DNA of 64,000 bases from Pseudomonadota bacterium (GCA_036140295.1 JAYZYL010000002.1:440-64439), one strand, 5' to 3'. Counted from the first letter of the stretch, positions 30,443-42,354 are shown. Numbers and translations are program-made. The notes: generated by a model from the letters alone, not told the origin.

Positions 30443-31738
30443 ATGAAAATTGAAACAATTGCAATTCACGGTGGTTATTCACCTGAACCGACTACTAATG
30501 CTGTTGCCGTACCAATCTATCAAACTACTTCTTATTCTTTTGATGATACGCAACACGGAGCTGATCTTTTTGACTTAAAAGTAGCTGGTAATATATATAC
30601 AAGAATAATGAACCCTACCACTGATGTATTGGAGAAAAGGGTTGCGGCAATGGAAGGTGGGATAGGAGGTTTAGGTTTGGCATCTGGATCTGCAGCCACA
30701 ACTTATGCAATTATGACTATATGTGAAGCTGGGGATAATATCGTAAGTACAGCGACACTATATGGAGGAACTTATACTCTCTTTGCTCATCAACTTCCAA
30801 GGTTTGGTGTAGATGTGAAATTTGGTGATCATGATAAATTACCGCAATTGGAAAAACTTATAGATTCAAAAACAAAAGCAATTTTTTGTGAATCAATTGG
30901 GAATCCTGCTGCTAATGTGGTGGACATACCAAAAGTAGCAAAAATTGCTCATGATAATGAAATTCCACTTATAGTTGATAATACTGTTCCATCTCCATAT
31001 TTATTTAGACCTATTGAGCATGGAGCAGATATAGTTGTACATTCTTTAACTAAATATATGGGTGGGCATGGAAATTCTATTGGAGGAATTATAATTGACT
31101 CAGGTAAGTTCCCATGGGCTAAACATAAAAGAAAATTTAGTAGATTAAATAATCCTGATCCTTCATACCATGGAGTTATTTTTACTGAAGCATTAGGAGA
31201 AGCAGCATTTATTGGAGCAGCTAGAACTGTTCCTTTAAGGAATATGGGTGCAGCTATTTCACCATTTAATAGTTTCTTAATTCTCCAAGGAATTGAAACA
31301 TTACCTGTGCGTATGGATAGGCACTGTGAAAATGCTATAGAAGTTGCTAAATTCTTGCAAAAATGTCCTCAAGTTAATTGGGTCAACTATCCAGGGCTTG
31401 AAGACCATGTTGATTATCCATTGGTCAAGAAATTAATGAACGGAAAAGCATCAAGTGTATTAAGTTTTGGTATAGATGGTGGACGTGAGAGTGGTGGAAA
31501 ATTCATAGATAACCTACAACTTATAACCCGACTTGTTAATATTGGTGATGCAAAATCTCTTGCATGTCATCCAGCTTCAACAACACATAGACAATTATCT
31601 CCAGAAGAATTAAAAAAAGCTGGGGTACCTGAAGACCTTGTAAGACTATCTATTGGTATAGAAAATGTTAGTGATATCATAGATGACATCAAACAAGCTA
31701 TAGAAAAAGTTTTTAGTAAAAAGAAAAAAGTAAGTTAA
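30443..31738 (+). CDS. metY: O-acetylhomoserine sulfhydrylase (PLP-dependent)
   Basis: Cys/Met-metabolism PLP enzyme pattern. SLTKYMGGHG holds the PLP lysine. HPASTTH. Confidence 0.85.
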   Translation: MKIETIAIHGGYSPEPTTNAVAVPIYQTTSYSFDDTQHGADLFDLKVAGNIYTRIMNPTTDVLEKRVAAMEGGIGGLGLASGSAATTYAIMTICEAGDNIVSTATLYGGTYTLFAHQLPRFGVDVKFGDHDKLPQLEKLIDSKTKAIFCESIGNPAANVVDIPKVAKIAHDNEIPLIVDNTVPSPYLFRPIEHGADIVVHSLTKYMGGHGNSIGGIIIDSGKFPWAKHKRKFSRLNNPDPSYHGVIFTEALGEAAFIGAARTVPLRNMGAAISPFNSFLILQGIETLPVRMDRHCENAIEVAKFLQKCPQVNWVNYPGLEDHVDYPLVKKLMNGKASSVLSFGIDGGRESGGKFIDNLQLITRLVNIGDAKSLACHPASTTHRQLSPEELKKAGVPEDLVRLSIGIENVSDIIDDIKQAIEKVFSKKKKVS

Positions 31739-31743
31739 GATTA

Positions 31744-33522
<1,779 letters not shown>

Positions 33523-33593
33523 TCATTGTGACCAGTTGTATTATTTCAAATATTTTTAAACTATAATATCACAATACTAAATTTAATAGAGAA

Positions 33594-34226
33594 ATGAAAG
33601 AATATAATAATAGTACAAATAACATGGTCAACAGTATTGTAAGGCCATCAAATGTTATAGATCAAAAAATTCTAAACATTTTAGAAGATATTTCCCGAAA
33701 TGACTTTGTGCCAGAAAAGTTTAAAGAATTTGCTTATGCAGATTTTCAGATACCAATTGGAAATAATAGTAAAATGTTGCCTCCATCTATTGAAGGAAAA
33801 ATCTTACAAGCATTAGATCTAAAAGGCGATGAGAATATTTTGAAAATTGGTGCTGGAACTGGATATATGACATGCTGCTTATCAAGATTATGCAAAAACA
33901 TACATTCTATTGATATTTCCAATGATTTGATTGAAAGTGCTAAAAAAAATATCTATAAATATGATGAGACAGAAAATATAACTTTTGAGCATATAGATAT
34001 AAAAGAAAAATGGGAAATGATCAATATATATGATGTTGTTGTGATGACATCATATATTTCTGATGAGACTGTTTTGGTAAATAATTTAAAAGAATATTCA
34101 AAAGCATTTCTATTTACTGGTTTCCCAAAACAACCAATTAAAAAAGCTATTTTAATTAAAAAGTTTAAAAAGAATAGTTTAACGAAAAATATTTTATTTG
34201 AAACAGATGCAGAACCTCTACTTTAA
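33594..34226 (+). CDS. Protein-L-isoaspartate O-methyltransferase-like SAM methyltransferase
   Basis: ILKIGAGTGYMT SAM motif and a PCMT-like N-terminal region. Confidence 0.55.
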   Translation: MKEYNNSTNNMVNSIVRPSNVIDQKILNILEDISRNDFVPEKFKEFAYADFQIPIGNNSKMLPPSIEGKILQALDLKGDENILKIGAGTGYMTCCLSRLCKNIHSIDISNDLIESAKKNIYKYDETENITFEHIDIKEKWEMINIYDVVVMTSYISDETVLVNNLKEYSKAFLFTGFPKQPIKKAILIKKFKKNSLTKNILFETDAEPLL

Positions 34227-34231
34227 TTTTT

Positions 34232-34555
34232 ATGAAAGAAAAAAACCCAACTGAAATAAAAGCACTATTGGATAGTTCAATACAAGAGATATTAATACTT
34301 GATGTAAGAGAGTATTGGGAATATGATATATGTCATATTGATGGCTCTCTTAATGTACCGATAGGGCAAATAATAAATCGGTTAGATGAAATTGAGAAAG
34401 ATAAAACTTTAGTTGTAGTGTGTCATCATGGAATAAGAAGTAGAGCCGTAGGACAATATCTTTCAAATCATGGATTTTTAGAAGTTTTAAATTTAACTGG
34501 TGGAATTGATAGGTGGTCAAAAGAAATTGATGAAGATATGCCAAGATATGTTTAA
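34232..34555 (+). CDS. Single-domain rhodanese sulfurtransferase
   Basis: 107 aa with active-site loop CHHGIRS, DVRE..E and GGI..W. Confidence 0.8.
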   Translation: MKEKNPTEIKALLDSSIQEILILDVREYWEYDICHIDGSLNVPIGQIINRLDEIEKDKTLVVVCHHGIRSRAVGQYLSNHGFLEVLNLTGGIDRWSKEIDEDMPRYV

Positions 34556-35861
34556 AATAAATAATATTATTATATTTTTTGTTGGAGCGTTTTTGTCTGC
34601 ATCATTGAATGCTGCAGATCTACTAGATGTTTATAAGCGTGCTTTAGAAAATGATAATAAAATTAAAATAACTGATGCTGACTATTTTATTGCTAAGGAA
34701 CAATATGATCAATCTTTATCAACAGTCTTCCCTGAAATAAATCTAACCGCCCAAACAGAAGAAAATAAAATTGATAAATATACAGGTGGTGGGAGTATAA
34801 GAGATAATAGGTCAGACTCATATTCATTAAATATTTCTCAACCTATATTGCGCTTAGGCTTATTTGATAAGTTAGAAAAAGCTTCCGACAATATAGAAAA
34901 ATATAATGAGAATAGAAATTTTGTAAAAGAGGATTTAATAATAGAGTCTACTAAAATTTATTTTTCTCTAATTGATCTAATGAATGGGATTTCTGCTTTA
35001 AAAATTAAAAAGTCTATGGCAGAGCTTAAACTTTCTAACGCAGGATTATTATATGAAAAAGGTGCTTTAACTAATATAAAATTGAATGAACTTAAAAATG
35101 ATTACAGATTTTCAGAAATTGATTTGCAGCAATTGGAGAATGAGTTTTCTTCTGTTAAGCAGGATGTTTTTTTATTAACAGGAAAAGAGATAGTTGATGT
35201 ACATAATCTCAGCACTGAGATTAGTTTTCCAGTAACAGAATATGATTTGTCTGTAATTCTTTCAAAAGCTTTGTCGGATGATGAAATGATTAAGATGGCT
35301 TTATATGATATTAATATTGCAAAGAATGATTTGAGTTCAAATAAAGCTGAACATTATCCTACTGTAGATCTTCTTGCTACATATGATTATTTAGATACAA
35401 GCTCTGGTTCATATCGTGGGGCATCCACACGAGAAGGGTCAACTGTTACTCTTGTATTAAATTTTCCAATTTTTCAAGGTGGTTATATAAATTCTAAAGT
35501 TAGAGAATCTAGATATAACTTAGAGAAGACAAAATATAATCTTGATTTAACAAGAAAAAATTTACAAAAGGATGTTATCAATTCATACAATGACTTTGTT
35601 TACAATCAAAATCTCGTTAAAGCTTCAAAAAATGGACTCCAAGAGGCAAAACAAAATTATGAAACTATAAAAGATGGTTTTGTATTGGGAGTAAATACTG
35701 ACATTCAGGTAATAGAGGCAAATTATAATTTACATACTGCAAAAAAGGATTACATAAAAGCAGTAATGGATTATCTTGTTTCAGATCTAAAAATTAAGAA
35801 ATATTCTTCGAGTTTAAATTCTAAAGACATTGAATTGATAAATCAGTGGTTAATCTGGTAA
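34548..35861 (+). CDS. tolC: TolC-family outer-membrane channel protein
   Basis: The likely start is the ATG at 34548 (MFKINNIIIFFVGAFLSASLNA signal peptide), because the ORF-track start at 34500 overlaps the rhodanese gene. Two OEP repeats; DLL..Y..A..ND. Confidence 0.8.
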   Translation: MFKINNIIIFFVGAFLSASLNAADLLDVYKRALENDNKIKITDADYFIAKEQYDQSLSTVFPEINLTAQTEENKIDKYTGGGSIRDNRSDSYSLNISQPILRLGLFDKLEKASDNIEKYNENRNFVKEDLIIESTKIYFSLIDLMNGISALKIKKSMAELKLSNAGLLYEKGALTNIKLNELKNDYRFSEIDLQQLENEFSSVKQDVFLLTGKEIVDVHNLSTEISFPVTEYDLSVILSKALSDDEMIKMALYDINIAKNDLSSNKAEHYPTVDLLATYDYLDTSSGSYRGASTREGSTVTLVLNFPIFQGGYINSKVRESRYNLEKTKYNLDLTRKNLQKDVINSYNDFVYNQNLVKASKNGLQEAKQNYETIKDGFVLGVNTDIQVIEANYNLHTAKKDYIKAVMDYLVSDLKIKKYSSSLNSKDIELINQWLIW

Positions 35862-35876
35862 GAATTAATATATTTA

Positions 35877-37112
35877 ATGATTAAATATAATTTACTATTA
35901 TATCTGATAAGCCCTTATCTATTATTATCGATCATATTTGGTAGTTTCCAGAGGAAAAGTGGATTTAAATTTATATCACAAAGACTTGGTTTATCTTCAA
36001 TAAAAAACTTTTCTAACACTATATGGTTACATGCAGCATCTATTGGTGAAACAAAACTTGCATTATTAATCTATAACAAATTAAAAGAATCGAATCCAGA
36101 ACAGAAGTTCCTAATTACTACGAATACTGAGTCTTCATCAAGATTAATTAAAAGCCTAAATAATAAAAACATAGAACACTTATATCTCCCCATTGACTGG
36201 TTTTTTGCAATGAAAAGATTCTTTGCCTCAATTAATCCCAAGATATGTATAATTGTTGAGACAGAAATTTGGCCTAATTTATTAAATAGGTGCAAAAAAA
36301 ATAATGTTCCATCAATCATTATAAATGCTAGACTCTCAAAAAAATCAACTGATAAATCAAATTTTATAAAGAACGTTTATAAGGAAGCATTGCTAGATAT
36401 AACAAAAATTCTTTGCAAATCAGACCTTGAAAAAGATAAGTATATTAAGTTGGGGGCAGCAGAAGATAAAATTGATGTTGTTGGAAATCTAAAGTTTTCT
36501 GAATATAGAGAACTAAAAAATAAAGAAAGTCTAATTGATCGTAGATATGTACTTGCTGCATCAACTCACCATGATGAGGAGATGCAGATTATTCAAGAAT
36601 GGCTAAAACTAAAAGAAAAAAAATTATTATTGGTTGTAGTGCCTCGTCATCCAGAAAGACTTGGTGATATATTGTCTCAGTTACCCTTATCAGATATTGA
36701 AATTTCAATAAGAAGTAAAAATGAGGAAGTAAAAAATGAAACACAAATTTACATTGCAGATACATATGATGAACTTGACAAATGGATAAAACATTCTGAA
36801 TTTGTTTTTATGGGTGGGTCATTAATTGATCATGGAGGACAAAATTTCTTAGAAGCTGCTTTCTATAGTAAGACCATTATTGTAGGTCCTTTTATGTATA
36901 ATTTTATATCTGAAACTGAAGAATTTTTGAAAAAGAATGCTCTTCTAATGGTAAAAGAGTCCTCAATGTTGAAAGGTGTTTTTCAGAAACTGATTAAATC
37001 AAAAAATAAGAGAGAGTTATTTGGAAATAATGCTAAGAAGATTATGGAATCAAAAAAAGATATAGCTGACCACTATTGTAAAGCTATTCAAGAATTAATA
37101 GCTGATTCATAG
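35877..37112 (+). CDS. waaA: 3-deoxy-D-manno-octulosonic acid (Kdo) transferase
   Basis: IWLHAASIGE, PRHPER and the GGSL...GGQN pattern. Confidence 0.85.
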   Translation: MIKYNLLLYLISPYLLLSIIFGSFQRKSGFKFISQRLGLSSIKNFSNTIWLHAASIGETKLALLIYNKLKESNPEQKFLITTNTESSSRLIKSLNNKNIEHLYLPIDWFFAMKRFFASINPKICIIVETEIWPNLLNRCKKNNVPSIIINARLSKKSTDKSNFIKNVYKEALLDITKILCKSDLEKDKYIKLGAAEDKIDVVGNLKFSEYRELKNKESLIDRRYVLAASTHHDEEMQIIQEWLKLKEKKLLLVVVPRHPERLGDILSQLPLSDIEISIRSKNEEVKNETQIYIADTYDELDKWIKHSEFVFMGGSLIDHGGQNFLEAAFYSKTIIVGPFMYNFISETEEFLKKNALLMVKESSMLKGVFQKLIKSKNKRELFGNNAKKIMESKKDIADHYCKAIQELIADS

Positions 37113-37795
37113 CCTTTGAGTACCTTGGAATAATCAGTCTCTATAAGGAATTCATGTTTATAAAAAGATCTTTTCAATCTATCTATATTAGAAGTTTTAT
37201 TTCTCTCTGTTAGTATTTTCTTCTCAGATTTATCAAAATCTAATATCCAAACGTGTATATCGTCATTGTTTATGATATCTCCCTTAATTAAAATGTTATG
37301 TATATTTAAGTCTCCATGAAAAATATTTAGTAAATGCATTTTTGCAATCTGTTTTCCAATTTCTTGAAAAAGAGATTCCTTCCCTCTTTCGTTTATACCC
37401 GTACTTACTTCATGAGTAAAATATTGTGAAAGTGTTTGCGCCGGAATACTCTCTGTAATTAAATTTGCTCTATAAAATATACCATTATATGACACCCACC
37501 CCATTATTGGCCTACAAGTATTGAAGCTAGATTTGTACAAATAATTTAATATTTCAAATTCTCGATATGATCGAGTATTGATAAGGTTTCTGTAGAGGTA
37601 TGTATCATTCATAAATGTCATCATTCCTTTACGAAAATAATGCTTCTTTACCCATTTATTGTTATTAATCCATTCCACATTATGAGTCTCATCACTAGAG
37701 AACAAGTTGTTTAAAAATGATTCTTCTATATTAATTTCTATGCCTTTATCATAGAATATAAATTGATTTTTAATTTTTTTTATTACGATACTCAC
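37088..37795 (-). CDS. kdkA: Kdo/LPS-core kinase-like protein
   Basis: Protein-kinase-like catalytic loop HGDLNIHNILI and ILDFDKS. Convergent with, and overlaps, the waaA end by 25 nt. Confidence 0.55.
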   Translation of the reverse strand: MSIVIKKIKNQFIFYDKGIEINIEESFLNNLFSSDETHNVEWINNNKWVKKHYFRKGMMTFMNDTYLYRNLINTRSYREFEILNYLYKSSFNTCRPIMGWVSYNGIFYRANLITESIPAQTLSQYFTHEVSTGINERGKESLFQEIGKQIAKMHLLNIFHGDLNIHNILIKGDIINNDDIHVWILDFDKSEKKILTERNKTSNIDRLKRSFYKHEFLIETDYSKVLKGYESAINS

Positions 37796-37799
37796 AAAT

Positions 37800-38801
37800 A
37801 TGTCTCAAAAAAGTAAATTACCTTCTACAATCTGTATTTTAAGATTGTCAGCTATTGGTGATATTACACATATGATACCAATTATAAAGACAATTCAACA
37901 TAACTTACCTCAATCAAATATTACATGGATTATTGGCAAAACAGAATACCAACTTGTAAAAAATATTAAAGGAGTTCATTTCATTATTATAGATAAGGAG
38001 AAAACTATTAAATCTATAATCAATCTAAAAAAAGAAATTGGCAATAAGGAGTTTGATATTTTTTTACATATGCAAAAATCTTTAAGGTCAAAATTTTTAA
38101 GCGTTTTTATAAAAGCTAAAAAGAAACTGGCATTTAAAGATATTCATGCGCCAGAAAGATCACATGTGTTAGACACATTTTTTTACTTTCTAGAGGCTAT
38201 TGGTATAAAAGATAGGATTCTTGATTGGTCTTTAGATTTTGATAAACCTAGCCAAAATCTATTAAAAAATTATAAGAAATATGTTGTCTTTAATCCTTTT
38301 ACAAGTTTAAGAAGGTTTAACTATAGGGAATGGGAATTAAAAAATTATGAGGTTATTGCAAAATATTTGTCAGAAAAATATAATCTAAATTCTATAATAG
38401 TAGGAGGAAATAGTAATTATGAAATTCAAGCATCTAAAAAAATTAATCTAGAAAAATTTATACTTAACTTAGTTGGCAAAACAAATCTTCAAGAATTATC
38501 TGCTATTTTAGAGAAATGTCAATTCTATATAGGTCCTGATTCAGGAACGATGCATATCGCATCAATGCTTTCAAAACCTACTATAGGGTTATTTGCAACT
38601 TCTAATCCAAAGAGAACTGGTCCTTATCAAAATCAAGAATATGTTATTAATAAATATAATCAAGCTTTAAAAATATACATGGGTTCTCATGAAGATGATG
38701 TAAAATGGGGTGTTCGAATTAGAAATAAAAATGCAATGTCTTTAATTAACATTGACCACGTAATTGAGATGATTGACAAGGTGCAAAGAAATATAAGTTA
38801 A
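37800..38801 (+). CDS. LPS heptosyltransferase (glycosyltransferase family 9)
   Basis: ILRLSAIGDITH N-terminus and GPDSGTMHIAS. Confidence 0.75.
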   Translation: MSQKSKLPSTICILRLSAIGDITHMIPIIKTIQHNLPQSNITWIIGKTEYQLVKNIKGVHFIIIDKEKTIKSIINLKKEIGNKEFDIFLHMQKSLRSKFLSVFIKAKKKLAFKDIHAPERSHVLDTFFYFLEAIGIKDRILDWSLDFDKPSQNLLKNYKKYVVFNPFTSLRRFNYREWELKNYEVIAKYLSEKYNLNSIIVGGNSNYEIQASKKINLEKFILNLVGKTNLQELSAILEKCQFYIGPDSGTMHIASMLSKPTIGLFATSNPKRTGPYQNQEYVINKYNQALKIYMGSHEDDVKWGVRIRNKNAMSLINIDHVIEMIDKVQRNIS

Positions 38802-38805
38802 TTTT

Positions 38806-39291
38806 TTAAATTTTTTTAATATTATCTATAATTTTTGTTGTTGATTTACCATCTAATAGTCTTACTAATTTTATTTCTTTCCCATTATCTTTCATACATT
38901 TTTCCCCTGCGATAAATTTATTTTTATAGTCATCTCCTTTTACAAGGATATCGGGGATTATTTCACAGACAATATTCTCGGGGGTTTCTTCTTCAAAAAT
39001 AAAAATATAATCAACGGAAGATATTGAAGATAATACAAATGCTCTGTCCTCGACAGTATTAATAGGTCTAGTTTTAGGTTTGATTTTCTTGACTGAACTA
39101 TCACTATTTATCGCAACTACTAAGATGTCACCAAAACTCTTAGCTTCATTTAACAAATGTACATGTCCGGCATGAATTATGTCAAAACAGCCATTCGTGA
39201 AAACAACATGCTTTCCATTCCCTTGATATTTATTACATAAATCTTTAAGTTTTTTTAAATCAGGTATAACTTTATTATTGTTTGCAGGCAT
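38806..39291 (-). CDS. hldC: D-glycero-beta-D-manno-heptose-1-phosphate adenylyltransferase (RfaE domain II as a separate protein)
   Basis: Cytidylyltransferase motif FTNGCFDIIHAGHV. The ATG at 39291 is preceded by AGAGGAA; the ORF track extends to 39315. Confidence 0.8.
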   Translation of the reverse strand: MPANNNKVIPDLKKLKDLCNKYQGNGKHVVFTNGCFDIIHAGHVHLLNEAKSFGDILVVAINSDSSVKKIKPKTRPINTVEDRAFVLSSISSVDYIFIFEEETPENIVCEIIPDILVKGDDYKNKFIAGEKCMKDNGKEIKLVRLLDGKSTTKIIDNIKKI

Positions 39292-40201
39292 CAGATAATT
39301 CCTCTTGCGTAACACTTGTCGCGCCTAGTTTTTGTACTGATAGTCCAGCCGCCACGTTAGATAGTTTAACGGCTGCTACTAAACCTTTCCCTGATGCAAT
39401 GCTTGCAGCTAGAACCGATATTACAGTGTCACCAGCTCCAGTAACATCAAAAACATCTTGCTCTTGGGCTTTATAAGACGTTGCTGAACTTTTTTGAAAA
39501 AGTGTCATCCCTTTTTTTCCTCTAGTAACAAGTAAAGCTGTTAATTTAAGCTTTTTTCTAAGTTTTTCAGCCTTGTTATAAAAGTCAGATTTTGTTTTTG
39601 ATAAACCCACAATATCATCAAATTCTTTTTGATTTGGTTTCAGTAAAAATGCATTTTTATAACAATCGAAGTTATCGCCTTTTGGGTCAATAAAAGTTTT
39701 AACATTGAATTTTGAAGAATATTTTAAAATATCTACAATGATTGGCTTAACTACTCCTTTATCATAATCAGAAATAATAATAGCGTCATAGTTTTTAATT
39801 GTTTTAATAATTTTATCTAAAAGCTTCTTATGTAATTTTGTTTTGTCTCGATCTTCATGATCAATTCTCATAAGCTGTTGGTTTTTCCCAGTGATACGTA
39901 ATTTTGTTGTAGTACGTATTTTTGGGTCTATTATCACTTGAAAATCTATCCCGTATTTTTTTAACATATGTGATATCTGATCATTGGCATCATCGTTCCC
40001 TGTTATGCCCGAAAGAGTAACGTTCATTCCAAGAGCAGCTAAATTCATTGCTACATTTGCCGCTCCCCCTGGTTTATTAACAGATGAGGTAATATTAATT
40101 ACTGGAACTGGTGCTTCTGGCGAGATCCTTTCAACATTACCGGACCAATATTTGTCTAACATTACATCACCAATAACAAGTATGTTTTTTCTCTTAATCA
40201 T
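39275..40201 (-). CDS. hldA: D-glycero-beta-D-manno-heptose-7-phosphate kinase (RfaE domain I as a separate protein)
   Basis: PfkB/ribokinase-family motifs GGAANVA and DVTGAGDTV. Confidence 0.85.
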   Translation of the reverse strand: MIKRKNILVIGDVMLDKYWSGNVERISPEAPVPVINITSSVNKPGGAANVAMNLAALGMNVTLSGITGNDDANDQISHMLKKYGIDFQVIIDPKIRTTTKLRITGKNQQLMRIDHEDRDKTKLHKKLLDKIIKTIKNYDAIIISDYDKGVVKPIIVDILKYSSKFNVKTFIDPKGDNFDCYKNAFLLKPNQKEFDDIVGLSKTKSDFYNKAEKLRKKLKLTALLVTRGKKGMTLFQKSSATSYKAQEQDVFDVTGAGDTVISVLAASIASGKGLVAAVKLSNVAAGLSVQKLGATSVTQEELSDACKQ

Positions 40202-41120
40202 TTACAATAGTTAACCATTCCTCATGTTTTTTTTCGTTTCCACTAACTAAATTAAAATAGTTTTGTTGTAGTTTTTTTGTTATTTCACCGGGGGTGCCTT
40301 CGCCTATTTTTTTATCATTTATCTTAATAATAGGTGTAACCTCTGCTGCTGTTCCAGTAAAAAAAGCTTCATCGCAATCAAATGCTTCATCTAAACTTAT
40401 CTTTTTCTCAGAAGTTTTTATTCCAATATCATTTGCAAGAGTTATAATTGTTTTTCTAGTAATGCCGTCTAACACTGTAGCTAAATCAGGTGTGAACAAT
40501 TCCCCATCTTTTACAATAAAAAAATTTTCGCCTGATCCTTCATTAACGCTATCATCTGTTCCTAAAATAAGTGCTTCATCATAGCCAGAATTTAAAGCAT
40601 CCCTCAGAGCAAGCATAGAATTTAAATAGTTTCCTGTTGCTTTTGCTTGATACAACATAGACAATTCATTTCTTTTTGGAAAAGGAGAGACTTTTACTTT
40701 TATGCCATGAGCTATTTTATCTTGACCTAAATATGACCCCCAGTCCCATGCAGCAATTGCACAATGTACCATCAAATTATCAGCTCTTAATCCCATACCT
40801 TCAGATCCATAAAAACATAATGGCCGTATATATGCATTTTGTAAATTATTTATCTTAACAGTATCACATTGGGCCTTCATGAATAAATCGGGTGTAAATG
40901 GAATATCCATTCCTATAAGTTTTGCGGAGTTAAATAGTCTATCCGTATGATCTTTTAGCCTAAATATTGCAGGCCCCTGATTAGTTTTATATGCCCTTAC
41001 ACCTTCAAAAACACCAGTACCGTAGTGAAGTGTATGAGTAAGCAAATGTATCTTTACTTCTTTCCATTCTTGAAAGGAGCCATCTATCCAAATTTGGCCT
41101 TCCAGGTCTGACATATTCAT
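40194..41120 (-). CDS. ilvE: Branched-chain amino acid aminotransferase
   Basis: Class IV aminotransferase with HYGTGVFEGVRAY, EGSGENFF and GITR. Confidence 0.9.
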   Translation of the reverse strand: MNMSDLEGQIWIDGSFQEWKEVKIHLLTHTLHYGTGVFEGVRAYKTNQGPAIFRLKDHTDRLFNSAKLIGMDIPFTPDLFMKAQCDTVKINNLQNAYIRPLCFYGSEGMGLRADNLMVHCAIAAWDWGSYLGQDKIAHGIKVKVSPFPKRNELSMLYQAKATGNYLNSMLALRDALNSGYDEALILGTDDSVNEGSGENFFIVKDGELFTPDLATVLDGITRKTIITLANDIGIKTSEKKISLDEAFDCDEAFFTGTAAEVTPIIKINDKKIGEGTPGEITKKLQQNYFNLVSGNEKKHEEWLTIVND

Positions 41121-41246
41121 GTATATTTTCCTTTATCTTTTTTAAGAATCAATTGAAAACTATAACATGGCTTATATGACATGGACACCTGTATTATGTA
41201 TGTGTTTGGCTATTAAACCCATTGATTTCTAGTAAATTTATGAGAT

Positions 41247-41265
41247 AATGAGAACCGTTCTCATT
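41247..41265 (+). promoter_or_regulatory. Fur-type 9-1-9 inverted repeat (candidate metalloregulator operator)
   Basis: AATGAGAAC-C-GTTCTCATT is a perfect palindrome, preceded by GAT so that GATAATGA matches the start of the Fur consensus. It lies 16-34 nt upstream of the likely start of the Fe3+ ABC binding protein. Confidence 0.45.
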
Positions 41266-41280
41266 CATGAGCTTATAAGT

Positions 41281-42354
41281 ATGAAAAAAATTATTACAGG
41301 TTTTTTAGCCGTTTTTCTACTTTTTGGTATGTCTGTCGTCCAAGAAGTATTTATTGAGGGTAATGTTTATACATATGCCGCAGAAAAAGAGCGGGGTGAA
41401 CAAGTTGTTAATGTATACTCTGCCAGAAAAGAGTATTTAATTAGACCTTTAATAAAAGTCTTTGAAAAAAAATACAATATTAATGTAAATATAGTATCTG
41501 GAAAAGCTAAAGCTCTTCAGAAAAGATTAGAGCTTGAAGGAAAAAATACAATGGCTGATGTGCTTCTAACGGTTGATGCTGGTAATCTATATAGAGCTAA
41601 AACAAAAAAATTAACAAAAAGCATAAACTCAAAGAAATTAAATGGACTCATTCCTAATAATTTACGAGATATTGATGGTCATTGGTATGGTCTATCAATA
41701 AGAAGTCGTGTAATTATGTATAATCCTAAAACTGTAAGCATAAGAGATTTATCTACATATGAAAATCTTGCTGATTCTAAATGGAAAGGTAAAATATGTA
41801 TGAGATCATCAAGTAATATATATAATCAATCACTTTTAGCTTCGTTAATTACGCACTTAGGAGAGAAAAAAGCAAAGCGTTGGGCTCAGTCTATTGTAAA
41901 AAATTTTTCTCGTAGCCCTAAAGGCAATGACCGTACTCAAATGACCTCAGTTGTTCTTGGTGAATGTGACTTAACTTTAGCAAATACTTATTATTTAGGT
42001 AAATGGATGACATCAAAAAATGCAAATGAAAAAAAATATTCTAGAGAAATAAGAGTTTTTTTTCCAAACCAAAATGATCGTGGAGCCCATGTTAATATAA
42101 GTGGTGCTGCAATTACAAAATATTCAAAAAATACAATGAATGGAATTAAATTTATTGAGTTTCTAGCTAGCAATGAAGCTCAAGAACTCTATGCAAAATC
42201 AAACCATGAATACCCTATCAGGGAAGACGTTCAAGTCAGCAGTATTGTAAAATCATGGGGATATCCTTTTAAAATAGATAAAATTGATCTTGATAAATTG
42301 GGCATTAACAATGCTATTGCTACCAAGATTTTTGATCAAGTCAATTGGCAATAA
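41281..42354 (+). CDS. Fe(3+) ABC transporter substrate-binding protein (FbpA/AfuA-like)
   Basis: The likely start is MKKIITGFLAVFLLFG (signal peptide); the ORF-track ATG at 41248 lies inside the palindrome. VVNVYSAR... pattern. Confidence 0.8.
   Translation: MKKIITGFLAVFLLFGMSVVQEVFIEGNVYTYAAEKERGEQVVNVYSARKEYLIRPLIKVFEKKYNINVNIVSGKAKALQKRLELEGKNTMADVLLTVDAGNLYRAKTKKLTKSINSKKLNGLIPNNLRDIDGHWYGLSIRSRVIMYNPKTVSIRDLSTYENLADSKWKGKICMRSSSNIYNQSLLASLITHLGEKKAKRWAQSIVKNFSRSPKGNDRTQMTSVVLGECDLTLANTYYLGKWMTSKNANEKKYSREIRVFFPNQNDRGAHVNISGAAITKYSKNTMNGIKFIEFLASNEAQELYAKSNHEYPIREDVQVSSIVKSWGYPFKIDKIDLDKLGINNAIATKIFDQVNWQ

Noticed and set aside
33523-33593. I looked for a TPP (THI-box) riboswitch upstream of thiC.
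   Set aside because: Only 71 nt separate thiC from the divergent gene. No CTGAGA or ACCTGATCTGGATAATGCCAGC-like elements occur there or in the next ~130 nt on the relevant strand, so no riboswitch is called.
39275-39315. The overlap between the hldA and hldC frames could be a frameshift that makes an hldE pseudogene.
   Set aside because: An in-frame ATG with an AGAGGAA Shine-Dalgarno sits exactly at the inter-domain linker and both halves are intact. I interpret these as two real genes, though an indel error is still worth checking.
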